IMG/VR virus record: IMGVR_UViG_3300010965_000001
Location: 1 to 64,000 of that record
DNA length: 64,000 nucleotides
Origin: a virus
Taxonomy: Duplodnaviria; Caudoviricetes
Reading direction: 5' to 3' (one strand)
In this document: positions 35,590 to 45,061 of the stretch, one piece after another
Position numbering within the stretch: the first letter of the stretch is position 1
Layout of the letters: every line of letters starts with the position of its first letter
Translations under genes and position numbers: made by a program
Notes under the pieces: generated by a model
The model's input: only the letters and a program-made list of their open reading frames with translations
Told to the model about the DNA's origin: nothing
The model's database searches: none

Positions 35590-35834
35590 TTTTTTCTCCG
35601 TGGAATTAGTTTTTCAATGTCGGGTGGAAATACTTCAATTTCAAGTCCACATTCTACAATTATTACACATCTTACATTAAAACTAACTCTAACAATTGAA
35701 TGTAATCGTCGGGTTCCATATACCTTGACCTTCATTCCTTTGGTGAATGTGGCATTGTTAAATTCCGTACATGTCATAACCAATCTCCATTTTTTAGTGT
35801 ATAATAATATACATAAAAAATACATTAAAGTCAA
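35586..35834 (-). CDS. hypothetical protein (true start likely MTCTEF)
   Basis: ORF after promoter at 35806-35834. Confidence 0.5.
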   Translation of the reverse strand: MTLMYFLCILLYTKKWRLVMTCTEFNNATFTKGMKVKVYGTRRLHSIVRVSFNVRCVIIVECGLEIEVFPPDIEKLIPRRKK

Positions 35835-35839
35835 GGCAT

Positions 35840-35876
35840 AAAAAAACCCAATAAATGGTTAGTTTATTGGGCTTTT
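35840..35876. terminator. bidirectional intrinsic terminator
   Basis: CCCAATAAA/TTTATTGGG stem flanked by A and T runs. Confidence 0.7.
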
Positions 35877-35883
35877 GTGCTAT

Positions 35884-36021
35884 TTACGAACCAACTTCAA
35901 CAGGACCAACTTCTGCTGGAGGTTCCACTGCTGGTTGTGGAGGCGGTGGAGGTGGTTGTGGTCGTGGAGGGAATTGTGGTCCCAAAAATCCATCTGGTGG
36001 TTGTTCTGCTTCTAATGCCAT
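35884..36021 (-). CDS. 45-aa proline-rich peptide
   Basis: MALEAEQPPDGFLGPQFPPRPQPPPPPPQPAVEPPAEVGPVEVGS; lies between gene and terminator. Confidence 0.5.
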   Translation of the reverse strand: MALEAEQPPDGFLGPQFPPRPQPPPPPPQPAVEPPAEVGPVEVGS

Positions 36022-36055
36022 TCGTTATGTTTCCCTTCTATAAAGTTAAAAGTTA

Positions 36056-36322
36056 TTATGCTAATATGTAAACCGTTCCTGCTGAACAACTAACATACAA
36101 TGGGTAACATGGCATTGGATTTCCAACTGCAATGTGTGCAAGATTGAGAGCGCCACCACCACTCATACTAACATATCCAACTGAGCCAGTGGTTACCATG
36201 ATACCCCATACGTTTTTATAATCGTAAGCACGTGTACCAACTGTAGGATTTTCTCCAGAGTTTACACTTCCAGACCAAGACGTTGGCAACTGTATTACTT
36301 TTGATATTCTATAATTAGACAT
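36056..36322 (-). CDS. small beta-rich hypothetical (possibly virion) protein
   Basis: G/S/V-rich. Confidence 0.65.
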   Translation of the reverse strand: MSNYRISKVIQLPTSWSGSVNSGENPTVGTRAYDYKNVWGIMVTTGSVGYVSMSGGGALNLAHIAVGNPMPCYPLYVSCSAGTVYILA

Positions 36323-36704
36323 TTGTTTCTCCTTGTGAAAATTCTTGTTGTAATTTGTTTAATACCCAATCGTATGGGTCCGCCGTATGTGCTTTCTGTA
36401 TAGAGTACGGCATCTGTGTTCTGTAGAGATTAAATAACTTATCCCACAATACTTGGTCATCACCTATCTCTTCCGTACCATCAACGATTCTTAAAACAGA
36501 ATCAAGTTCAGGTGGAGTTAACTTAGTAATGATACCACCAAACCGTAAAGGTTTTTTAGGTTTTGGAGGAGGTGCCTGTACTTGTGGTTGAGCTGGTTTT
36601 GGTGCTTGCACATTGGGAGATGGTAATGGATTCTCTCCCATTCCAGGTACATACTCTGCCTCTAAGAATTTACCAAAACTTTCTTTTAATATTCTAATAT
36701 TCAT
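36315..36704 (-). CDS. hypothetical protein with MNIRILKE leader
   Basis: Packed ORF. Confidence 0.7.
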   Translation of the reverse strand: MNIRILKESFGKFLEAEYVPGMGENPLPSPNVQAPKPAQPQVQAPPPKPKKPLRFGGIITKLTPPELDSVLRIVDGTEEIGDDQVLWDKLFNLYRTQMPYSIQKAHTADPYDWVLNKLQQEFSQGETNV

Positions 36705-36712
36705 TGGTGTCC

Positions 36713-37210
36713 TTATTTCTTCTTCCAATTTTGGTTGTAGACGGGTTTACCTTTTGAATCTTTCTTACCAGTCTCATGGTCTGCCTTGTATGCATCAATT
36801 TCTTTTTTTGAGAATTTGCCATTGTCTTTCTTCGGTGCTTTAGTTACCTCACGCATGCTCAACCGTGGGTCACCTGTGTTGGCAATTGCCTGTACTTGGT
36901 CAGCGGAAAGTTCACCAGTTGCTGGTTGTGGTTTACCACGTTTGCTTAAAATCTGTCGAAGTTCATTTAACAATGATTCGTTATTCTCTTCATCCAACTC
37001 ACCGTGGTCGGAGACTCTATCTATCTGCCACCACTCTGCAACAGATTTTGCAACTGCCGTCACTTGTTCTGGTGAAAGTTTTGGAGTGTTTGATACTGTT
37101 TCCTCTTGTCCGAACGCCATGTTACCCATTTGTTCTTCAACTCTTGATGCTCTGTTGGCTAAAAAGTTATTGAAGTTCGTTTTAATTTCGTTATACTTGT
37201 CCTGGTTCAT
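36713..37210 (-). CDS. hypothetical protein
   Basis: AGGAG RBS; packed. Confidence 0.7.
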   Translation of the reverse strand: MNQDKYNEIKTNFNNFLANRASRVEEQMGNMAFGQEETVSNTPKLSPEQVTAVAKSVAEWWQIDRVSDHGELDEENNESLLNELRQILSKRGKPQPATGELSADQVQAIANTGDPRLSMREVTKAPKKDNGKFSKKEIDAYKADHETGKKDSKGKPVYNQNWKKK

Positions 37211-37219
37211 TGTTTCTCC

Positions 37220-37885
37220 TTATAGTGATTTCAACATGGCTATCATGTCGGGTTGGGGATGTATGTCATTTTTGTCTGGTCTTACTGAGCAGTGTGTATA
37301 TACACCAGCGGCCCCCTTCAATGCTCCGACACTAACATCAAATATCGAATCACCGTTATACTTAATAGGAATGCCATGCTCAACATTCCACTTAACTAAT
37401 AAATCGTGTACAGATTGAATCTGTGCGGGCGTGTACTTTTGATAATGGGTGTATCCTCTGTGTGGAACTTGATATTCCACCACTTCACTGTCAGGGATGA
37501 TTGTATTTACATACGATACCCACCCTTTATCGGAATGTGTTAGCTGCCCCCAATTACAAATTTCCAAACCAATTGAAATCTTGTCAAGTGATTGGTATGG
37601 AACTCCATGTGCTGCGAACACAGCCTGCTTAATTCCTAAGTGATACGCCCAATACTTTGAATCGAATACTTCAAAGATTTCACCGTCAGTATATTTTGAG
37701 TTTTTGTCAAGTGGTTTACCTGCAATTACAGCCGATGTTGCAATTTTACCAGCATCTTGTCTCCACCAATCAATCGTGGAGTATGGATTACTCGCTCCTG
37801 CGGTGTGGTGTAGATAGATTTGTTTCTTCGGATGCGTCTCTACATAGTATTGGTCTTGATTCAACTTATACTGTGTTACGTTCAT
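37220..37885 (-). CDS. N-acetylmuramoyl-L-alanine amidase (Amidase_2; endolysin-like)
   Basis: IYLHHTAG, SIGLEICNWG, THCSVRPDKNDIHP. Confidence 0.85.
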   Translation of the reverse strand: MNVTQYKLNQDQYYVETHPKKQIYLHHTAGASNPYSTIDWWRQDAGKIATSAVIAGKPLDKNSKYTDGEIFEVFDSKYWAYHLGIKQAVFAAHGVPYQSLDKISIGLEICNWGQLTHSDKGWVSYVNTIIPDSEVVEYQVPHRGYTHYQKYTPAQIQSVHDLLVKWNVEHGIPIKYNGDSIFDVSVGALKGAAGVYTHCSVRPDKNDIHPQPDMIAMLKSL

Positions 37886-38088
37886 TATCGCACACCCTGT
37901 TTAAGAAGTCGGTCCATCATCAATGATACCGCTCCCTTAACACTTTCTGGTGCGTCACCATTCTGTAAAGAAAACTGTATCCACTTACTAAGTGCGTTGC
38001 TCAATTCAGCCTTCTCCGCGTCCAATTGTGTTTTACTCTGTTGTCCGACGAATGAGTCGAAAGCCTCTTTTAATATTTGTAATTTCAT
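37885..38088 (-). CDS. hypothetical protein with MKLQILKE leader
   Basis: Packed ORF. Confidence 0.7.
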   Translation of the reverse strand: MKLQILKEAFDSFVGQQSKTQLDAEKAELSNALSKWIQFSLQNGDAPESVKGAVSLMMDRLLKQGVR

Positions 38089-38103
38089 TGTTTTCCTTAT
38101 TGT

Positions 38104-39357
38104 TTAGTGTTCTAAGTTATAAACCGCTCTGACATTTACTTCAGACGCGGGTAGGTCACTCTTACCAGTATAAAGTATAACGTGATATTTTGGTGTAGTC
38201 TTATCTAATGATGTGTAGTTATCCATGTATTCGTCATGTAATAGAACATCATTGATATTGAGTTTGTATTTCTGTGCAACACGTTCTTTAAGTTTCTGTG
38301 CATTCTCTGCGGCGGGTTCTTTAGATGCCCATGCGTTTGTTGAGTCCTTTGCAAAATGCGCTCCCTTACGTGCGAACAAGTCTTTGAATAAGTCATATGG
38401 GACGGTGAATGCATGATAGTGTTTACTCATATCACCCATCTTACCAATCTCCGTTGGGTTAGCACCCATTGAGAATCGTGTTAAGAAATTAGATGGGAAC
38501 TTTGATAGTACTGCATTAGATACTTTGGTATATGCATAGAACCAAATGTTTGGGAACTTCTCTGCAATACGTTTTGCCATACCCAAATAATCCTCTGAGA
38601 AGAAGTCACCCGCATCATGCCATCTAACTTGCATTTTGATTACGATTCCCAATTTCTTCTCATCCTTATCAAGTTTAAGACGCATCTTTGCAATATCATC
38701 ACCCAATCGTTTCTCAAATCCAGCAGGGTCATTCAAATAGAAATTCAATCGTTGTGCACGACTCAGGTATGTGTTAGGAACTCTGATGAAGTTGCCATGT
38801 GTACCGTAGCATGCCATAAGACATCCCTCTGTACCACCACCAGCACCTGGACATGTTGTAACGATTGCCCACTTCTGAGCGGACTCATCGAATACCAATG
38901 CTCTGATTGCTGGCATGCCTACATTGTAAAACTTAACGAACTCACCACTACCATGTTTCATCTTCTCATTTTGGAGAAGCATGTCATTGGGTCTACGTGT
39001 GATGATTGCTTTGAGTTTATCCAAATCCCATGTTTGGTCATTCTCATTTCTAATCTTGTTCATCTGCACAGTGAAGAGTCCTGCCTGTGCGGCTTGCTTC
39101 GAAGGTTCTAAGTCTTGTGCTTTTGTAATCTTATCACCAAGTTCATCAGGTTCTAAGTGTTTATATTTAAGACCTTGTGCACCTGCTAAATCCTCACTGA
39201 CTTCAGTTGGTTCATTCTCACCAGAAAGTTCTTCTGCATGTCCACCGTCTTGACCAGCAATATTCAAATATTGTGTTTTAACTTTGCCAAATAAATTTTC
39301 GAGCATTAATGATTTTACGTGGTTATCAAAGTTCTCTTTAAGTAAGTGAAAATTCAT
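38104..39357 (-). CDS. GP88-like Cys-cluster protein with N-terminal extension
   Basis: TCPGAGGGTEGCLMACY, VRWHDAGDF, FYAYTK. Confidence 0.65.
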   Translation of the reverse strand: MNFHLLKENFDNHVKSLMLENLFGKVKTQYLNIAGQDGGHAEELSGENEPTEVSEDLAGAQGLKYKHLEPDELGDKITKAQDLEPSKQAAQAGLFTVQMNKIRNENDQTWDLDKLKAIITRRPNDMLLQNEKMKHGSGEFVKFYNVGMPAIRALVFDESAQKWAIVTTCPGAGGGTEGCLMACYGTHGNFIRVPNTYLSRAQRLNFYLNDPAGFEKRLGDDIAKMRLKLDKDEKKLGIVIKMQVRWHDAGDFFSEDYLGMAKRIAEKFPNIWFYAYTKVSNAVLSKFPSNFLTRFSMGANPTEIGKMGDMSKHYHAFTVPYDLFKDLFARKGAHFAKDSTNAWASKEPAAENAQKLKERVAQKYKLNINDVLLHDEYMDNYTSLDKTTPKYHVILYTGKSDLPASEVNVRAVYNLEH

Positions 39358-39359
39358 CC

Positions 39360-39563
39360 TTATTCTCCTGTTTGTATAGATGCTTTAAATCGTTTCCATT
39401 GTGAGTCTATGTACTTGTAGAACTGTTTCTTCTTCGCAGGGTCAAGTTGTTCAGGATTGGATACTCCATAATACGCAAGTACTGCCTGCATGAACTTCTT
39501 ATACTTCGAATGTCGCTTGCGGCGTTCGTTGACTATTTTCCTACTTACATTATACAATGACAT
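39360..39563 (-). CDS. small basic hypothetical protein
   Basis: KFMQAVLAYYGV..KKKQFYKYIDSQW. Confidence 0.7.
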   Translation of the reverse strand: MSLYNVSRKIVNERRKRHSKYKKFMQAVLAYYGVSNPEQLDPAKKKQFYKYIDSQWKRFKASIQTGE

Positions 39564-39619
39564 AGTAATTCCTGTTAATTTATAATACTTTAGTATAAAT
39601 ATTAAAATTTATTTAAAAA

Positions 39620-39862
39620 TCATCTTTTTCGTATCTTTAACGGCGAAATAATGTCAAAAAATTCGGTCAAAGTGTATTTTTTACTGTCTTCTCCAATAAT
39701 AGTAATCTTGGAGAGGAGTTCTGGGAACTTATCCACTATTCTCATTAGTGCATTCATCCCCTCATCTGGATAAAACATTCCAAAACTCTCCTCTCCAAGT
39801 ATATTTGAAGAATATTGTGTATCTTGTTGCTTATCACCGTCCATCATTATGTAATACGTCAT
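39620..39862 (-). CDS. hypothetical protein
   Basis: Packed ORF. Confidence 0.7.
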   Translation of the reverse strand: MTYYIMMDGDKQQDTQYSSNILGEESFGMFYPDEGMNALMRIVDKFPELLSKITIIGEDSKKYTLTEFFDIISPLKIRKR

Positions 39863-40650
39863 TACTTAAAGTCTCCGTTCAATCGTTTCAATATAACTGA
39901 TATTAGGGGATTTCTCACGATGTCAGCGTCATTAAACTCAAAGATACCGATTTGTGGAATGCCTTGTAACTTATGCATCGCCGTGTACAATCCTGTCTCT
40001 TCGAACTTAATGTTCGTGTCAATCTGTGAGGTATCACCATTGATAATATATTTACAATTCTCACCAATACGTGTAAGAATCGTTCTTATTTCTTTTCTGT
40101 CACAGTTCTGTGCTTCCTCTAAGATGAAGATACAATCATCTAAGTTGATACCGCGTAGGAAACCCATAGCAAGAATTTCGATTTGACCACGTGCAAGCAT
40201 GCGGTCAGTCTTTTCTTGTCCAAGTATCTTGTTAAAAATGTATTTTGAACTGTATAGGTATGGGTCGAGTTTTGCATTGACATCTCCTGGAATGAATCCA
40301 ATTGACTTACTGCTTTCGATATTTGGTTTAGAGATGACAATACGTTTGTATTTACTTGGAAACTGTTTCATTAGTTCCAATGCTTTTAATATTGAGACAT
40401 GCGACTTTCCAGTGCCTGCCGCACCTGAGATAAGTGTAATATCTTTTGAATCTATAAGATTCCACAACTCCTCTTGGGCTTTGGTCTTGAACGTTACGTC
40501 AAGATTCTTGATGTGAATTTTTGTCTCTTTTGGTTCCCGCGCCATTTCTTTTAAAAGGGTGCGGTCTTCTTGAGTTGGTTCAATGGGGTTAGTTGAGTTA
40601 GCACGTTTTTTTGACAAGCAGATTCTCCGTTTAGTTAATAAAGAAATCAT
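39862..40650 (-). CDS. phoH: PhoH-family ATPase
   Basis: GAAGTGKS, GFLRG, ILEEAQN, RIGE, GDTSQID, DIVRNPL. Confidence 0.92.
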   Translation of the reverse strand: MISLLTKRRICLSKKRANSTNPIEPTQEDRTLLKEMAREPKETKIHIKNLDVTFKTKAQEELWNLIDSKDITLISGAAGTGKSHVSILKALELMKQFPSKYKRIVISKPNIESSKSIGFIPGDVNAKLDPYLYSSKYIFNKILGQEKTDRMLARGQIEILAMGFLRGINLDDCIFILEEAQNCDRKEIRTILTRIGENCKYIINGDTSQIDTNIKFEETGLYTAMHKLQGIPQIGIFEFNDADIVRNPLISVILKRLNGDFK

Positions 40651-40692
40651 TAGTTACGCTGCCTATAAGTATCAACTAACCCCACAAAAACA

Positions 40693-41223
40693 TTAGACAG
40701 GCGTAGTAAAAACGCCGAGCCCGTGAGAATGTGTGAAGTTAAATTTCGCTCCCTGTATCTCATTGAAGAATCGTCCCACGTCATTGGGGAAGGACATTGT
40801 ATCATGGAAGAGGATGATGCCGCCGGGTCGTACGAATTTAGACCACACTTCAAACACGGACTTAGTAAAGTCATACGAATGGAATCCATCGATGTGTAAT
40901 ATATCAATTGACTTATCCCATGTCTTCGCCACATCAAAGAAGTCACCTTCAATCAATACAACGTTGGTTACTTCATTATCTGCGATGTGTTGCTCCGCTA
41001 CTTGTTTTGCATTTCTAATTCCTGCGTGGTCATCACCCTTAAACCAGTCGATTCCATACACTGTGCCGATGTTAGGAAGTGCCCACGCGATAGTTGAGAA
41101 TCCAAAATCAACTCCCAAATCAACGGTGACTTCAGGCTTGATGAATTCTACTAAGGTATATGCATAGTCTTCGTGACCTCTCCATGCGGTTTCGATGTTA
41201 CCTTTAATTCGTTTTCGTTCCAT
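40693..41223 (-). CDS. class I SAM-dependent methyltransferase (Methyltransf_24-like)
   Basis: VDLGVDFGFS, LHIDGFHSY, ILFHDT. Confidence 0.85.
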   Translation of the reverse strand: MERKRIKGNIETAWRGHEDYAYTLVEFIKPEVTVDLGVDFGFSTIAWALPNIGTVYGIDWFKGDDHAGIRNAKQVAEQHIADNEVTNVVLIEGDFFDVAKTWDKSIDILHIDGFHSYDFTKSVFEVWSKFVRPGGIILFHDTMSFPNDVGRFFNEIQGAKFNFTHSHGLGVFTTPV

Positions 41224-41225
41224 TG

Positions 41226-42506
41226 TTATTCCTCTATGATTAATCCACTTGATAGTTCTGTGTGTTGTGTTATTAAATGTTTATCTGAAATTTTTACCTT
41301 ACGTTCTATTTCTATTTTGATGTTGTCGTATTCGTATTCACCTATCTCATACGTTTCTACTACACCTGCCAAACTTCCAACCAATTCAAACAACGATTTC
41401 CAATTACAGTTGGTGGCGTCGATGGTCACTAATGCGTTGTATTCAAAATATGGACCGCTGAAGAAGATATTGAAATAGTTTGTTGTATTGTAAAATCTAC
41501 GTGATGCGTTCCACCCCTCCATTGATATGTCAAGTAACTGATTTGGTATTGTATCTTCCATTAACTGCGTTGAGTTGATAGCACCATCGTGGAATTGTGA
41601 ATCCAACCACACTTTAGTAAAGTATGGTTCAAGGTTCTGAATCAATGACCAATCCATCTTATCACAATTCAATATTCTAAGTGATACATCATACTTAGTC
41701 AATGGTGTATTGTGACTAAATGTTCCCCATTTACGAATGAACTTACGCATTTCGAATCCGTCAGCCTGTTCCTGTAACTTAACTCTCTCCTGTGCCTGTG
41801 TATTATTAGTATCGAACCAATCAGTTCCTCTTGAACTAACACATGTGAAGTGGTACACGTTGGCTTTGAATGTCTGTTTAATCTTAATGCCACTATGCAT
41901 GAACTTCTGTAAGATGTCACTATCTTCTCTTGACCTGCGGAAGATGGAGTCATGCCCTCCAACTGACTGCCATGTCTTCTTATGATAGGTGAAGGGTGCG
42001 AAGAAGTATTCTTCGGTTCTATCACTCTTTACAGTAGTTGCAAATTCCATATACCCATCCCAATCAAACTTGTCTGGTGTGATACCGAAGTCCCGTGTAA
42101 AGGTTATGGGTGAGGGTGGATGTAATGGTGGTTCCGTTCTCGTGGCACTCAATATACAATTCTCTTCAAGGTCTTCTAACACATTCAAGTCATAGTCCTT
42201 GCTTACAATCATGTCAGACTGTAAGAAACTAACGATGTCATATTTTGCAAGGTCTGTAAGTATATTCACATTCAACTGATAACCTACACATTGATTCGGA
42301 AACTTATGCGTGACAATCTTTAAATCAAAGAACTCATGCTTGACACTCTTTAAGTATTGATATGTGCCGTCATTGTCTCTGTCAATGAACACGATTATCT
42401 CATGGTGCTTATAATGGAGATTCTCTTGTAATGACTTCAACAACAACTTCGTATAAGGTAATGTGTTAGCACCTGTATTAGTTATAAAACTGATATGATT
42501 ATCCAT
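41226..42506 (-). CDS. glycosyltransferase family 2
   Basis: IIVFID..DGT, LQSDMI, REDSD. Confidence 0.8.
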   Translation of the reverse strand: MDNHISFITNTGANTLPYTKLLLKSLQENLHYKHHEIIVFIDRDNDGTYQYLKSVKHEFFDLKIVTHKFPNQCVGYQLNVNILTDLAKYDIVSFLQSDMIVSKDYDLNVLEDLEENCILSATRTEPPLHPPSPITFTRDFGITPDKFDWDGYMEFATTVKSDRTEEYFFAPFTYHKKTWQSVGGHDSIFRRSREDSDILQKFMHSGIKIKQTFKANVYHFTCVSSRGTDWFDTNNTQAQERVKLQEQADGFEMRKFIRKWGTFSHNTPLTKYDVSLRILNCDKMDWSLIQNLEPYFTKVWLDSQFHDGAINSTQLMEDTIPNQLLDISMEGWNASRRFYNTTNYFNIFFSGPYFEYNALVTIDATNCNWKSLFELVGSLAGVVETYEIGEYEYDNIKIEIERKVKISDKHLITQHTELSSGLIIEE

Positions 42507-43479
42507 TCAACGCCTCATTAATTTTCTTTAAGAATTCTTCTTCTGCGAACTTAGTGTAATTGTATTTTGCTTCTTCACAACACATCTTGAAGAACTCGGG
42601 ATTACGTTGTAACGTCCACGCCAAATCCTTTGCCTTCTGAACATCATCGACATCCACAGAGAGATTTGGGTGACAGATACGTTGTGTGTCTACCTTCTCA
42701 TTACCTATACAGGGGATACCGAAGTATGCACAGTTGAGACTGAACGTACCTGCCGCAACCGTGGGCATCATGTGGACTGCATACTTGAAGGATGATAGGG
42801 TCTTCATCCAATCCAACCATTCAAGTCGTGGTAAATGTGTAAGTCCTTCTATGTCAAATTCCTCTTGTCTCGCCGCATGAGACGAAGGAACATAGATACG
42901 ATTCACAAACTCCTGTGCTACGATGTAACTCTGAAAGCCACCATACCACCTACAGAAGTTACCACCAATGATTGTTTTGTCTTCTGTGACAGGAACTATG
43001 TCCTTCACTAAGTCTTCAATCATAAGGGTCGGCATGACGTAAGTCTTCTTATCAAACAGACCTGAATAGAAATTCCTATCAGTCTCATTGTGAACGAAGA
43101 TTCCATCGGAACTTACGATTGCGTTATTGTAATGGAACTGATTGATTATCTCATACTCATTGAAGAACCACGATGGACCTTCTTGTACGAAGAAGACCTT
43201 CTTGTTATGTTGTTTTAACTCTCCAACAAAGTCTTCTTGAAATAATGGAAGATACTTGTTAGGAACGTCCACCATCTTAGAACCAACTGCATTCAATGAC
43301 ACATCACCTTTGGGGAAGATGATGAATACAACATCAAAATCCTTGACACCATTGAAGTGTGTAATTGGATAGTGAACTGCATTGAGTGCCGCCATCCATG
43401 CAAACTCTGTTCTCATGTTAGTGTGATTCCTATAGACAGGACCACTAAATCCCATCTCTGTTAAGAATGCTATTTTCAT
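42499..43479 (-). CDS. glycosyltransferase-like (GT-B) protein
   Basis: AGTFSLNCAYFGIPCIG; context. Confidence 0.6.
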   Translation of the reverse strand: MKIAFLTEMGFSGPVYRNHTNMRTEFAWMAALNAVHYPITHFNGVKDFDVVFIIFPKGDVSLNAVGSKMVDVPNKYLPLFQEDFVGELKQHNKKVFFVQEGPSWFFNEYEIINQFHYNNAIVSSDGIFVHNETDRNFYSGLFDKKTYVMPTLMIEDLVKDIVPVTEDKTIIGGNFCRWYGGFQSYIVAQEFVNRIYVPSSHAARQEEFDIEGLTHLPRLEWLDWMKTLSSFKYAVHMMPTVAAGTFSLNCAYFGIPCIGNEKVDTQRICHPNLSVDVDDVQKAKDLAWTLQRNPEFFKMCCEEAKYNYTKFAEEEFLKKINEALNG

Positions 43480-44306
43480 TTATCCCTCAACTGATTGTAC
43501 ATTATTTTTAGTCCTTCACCTAATCCTATTAATGGAAGTGTTGGTAGTATGCTCGGGTGTGCCTCTCCGTAATATGACAACTCCACTCCGCCTCTGTCAA
43601 TCTTAATAGGACATCGATAATCACTCAACTGATTAATCACACCACAAATATCAGTCAATGTTATTTTATCCTTATAGACTGCATTCATTTCCTTTGATAG
43701 AAAGAATGGGTCGGAATGCATATAGTAACTTACGACAGTCATTAAATCATCAATGTAGAAGAAGTCCATGATTCTGTCCATATCAACAGTTAATGTGTCG
43801 TGGTTGATGTATCGTTGAATGTTTGTTTTGATGAACCGTGCAGTATCTTCATCGTGGGCAAACACATTGAACAATCTAATATTATAGAAATCATCAGTGT
43901 CTTCTATGATTCGTGCTATGAGATTTTTACTCATACCATATGGGTCAATTGGAAACGATGTAACAACTTTGTTACTAACATCTATGTTACGCCGCCGGTC
44001 CAACTCCGCCCCTGTTCCAAAATTGATAAACCGTTTGTAATATCGTCTATTGGTATAGAGATTGTTAAACATAGTAAGGTTATCTGCCAATACTTGATTA
44101 GTGTCTACCTTCGTACGTTTACCACCTGTTATAGCAGTGTGAAGAACCACATCAAATTTACCACTAATCTCAAAGAATTTATCGACATCAAATCCATTAG
44201 TCCAATCCAATTGGGAATGTGTCGGTGCGACCATTTCATGCTCACCGAAATATTCTTTAAGATGCCGTGCTATAAATCCATTACCGCCTGTTATGAGTAT
44301 TTTCAT
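43476..44306 (-). CDS. NAD-dependent epimerase/dehydratase (extended SDR)
   Basis: ITGGNGFIA, YGMSK. Confidence 0.85.
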   Translation of the reverse strand: MKILITGGNGFIARHLKEYFGEHEMVAPTHSQLDWTNGFDVDKFFEISGKFDVVLHTAITGGKRTKVDTNQVLADNLTMFNNLYTNRRYYKRFINFGTGAELDRRRNIDVSNKVVTSFPIDPYGMSKNLIARIIEDTDDFYNIRLFNVFAHDEDTARFIKTNIQRYINHDTLTVDMDRIMDFFYIDDLMTVVSYYMHSDPFFLSKEMNAVYKDKITLTDICGVINQLSDYRCPIKIDRGGVELSYYGEAHPSILPTLPLIGLGEGLKIMYNQLRDK

Positions 44307-44307
44307 A

Positions 44308-45060
44308 TTATCTCTTTCTAAAGACTGCCAAGTAATTGATTTCATTGGGGTCTAATATCAAATCAACTAATTCAAATGCTTCACTGACTTTCTTATTCAT
44401 ATCGTCATTTAAGAAACTTGAATTAAACTTTCCAGTAAAATGTGTCTGTATTAATTCCTCTCCAACCAATGAGTTGTCATATCTGTACTTACCACGGGAT
44501 TTGAATGGATTTTGAATATCTTCCATGAAATAATATCCACCACTCTTCACTAAATCGATGGACTGATATAACGTAACCATCATGTGATTCGGCCAGTGGC
44601 TTCCATCTTCTACTATGAAATCTAAGTCATGTGGTACACATTCTTTTATGCCCACCCAATCTGAGAATGAACCTTGGTCTGCGTAAATGAAATTCACACC
44701 CATTTGATTTAAGAACTCTACATCACCCATCTTATCATCAAGTGTGTTATTCCAAAAGTTGTCTACGGAATATAAATCTAAATCTGAGAAGAATCCTGTC
44801 CACATCTTGCAACTTGCATAGGGAAATCTGTTATCACATATACCAATCTCCATCATCTTAACAGGTGCATCCTTGTATTGATTCATATAACGTGCATACG
44901 TAGTGGTGTATTCCAAACAGGTATGTGTAGGATATTTCACTCCCCAAGAAGTGAGTGCCGCGGGAAATGTCCCCTTGTCGGATTCGTGTGCATTAGCCAA
45001 GTATGTCAAATCTCTCACACCAGCAAGAACGTTGGATTTAGTCTTTTGAAAAAATTTCAT
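44308..45060 (-). CDS. class I SAM-dependent methyltransferase-like protein
   Basis: MMEIGI, ADQ, IVEDGSH, GGYYFMED. Confidence 0.75.
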   Translation of the reverse strand: MKFFQKTKSNVLAGVRDLTYLANAHESDKGTFPAALTSWGVKYPTHTCLEYTTTYARYMNQYKDAPVKMMEIGICDNRFPYASCKMWTGFFSDLDLYSVDNFWNNTLDDKMGDVEFLNQMGVNFIYADQGSFSDWVGIKECVPHDLDFIVEDGSHWPNHMMVTLYQSIDLVKSGGYYFMEDIQNPFKSRGKYRYDNSLVGEELIQTHFTGKFNSSFLNDDMNKKVSEAFELVDLILDPNEINYLAVFRKR

Positions 45061-45061
45061 G

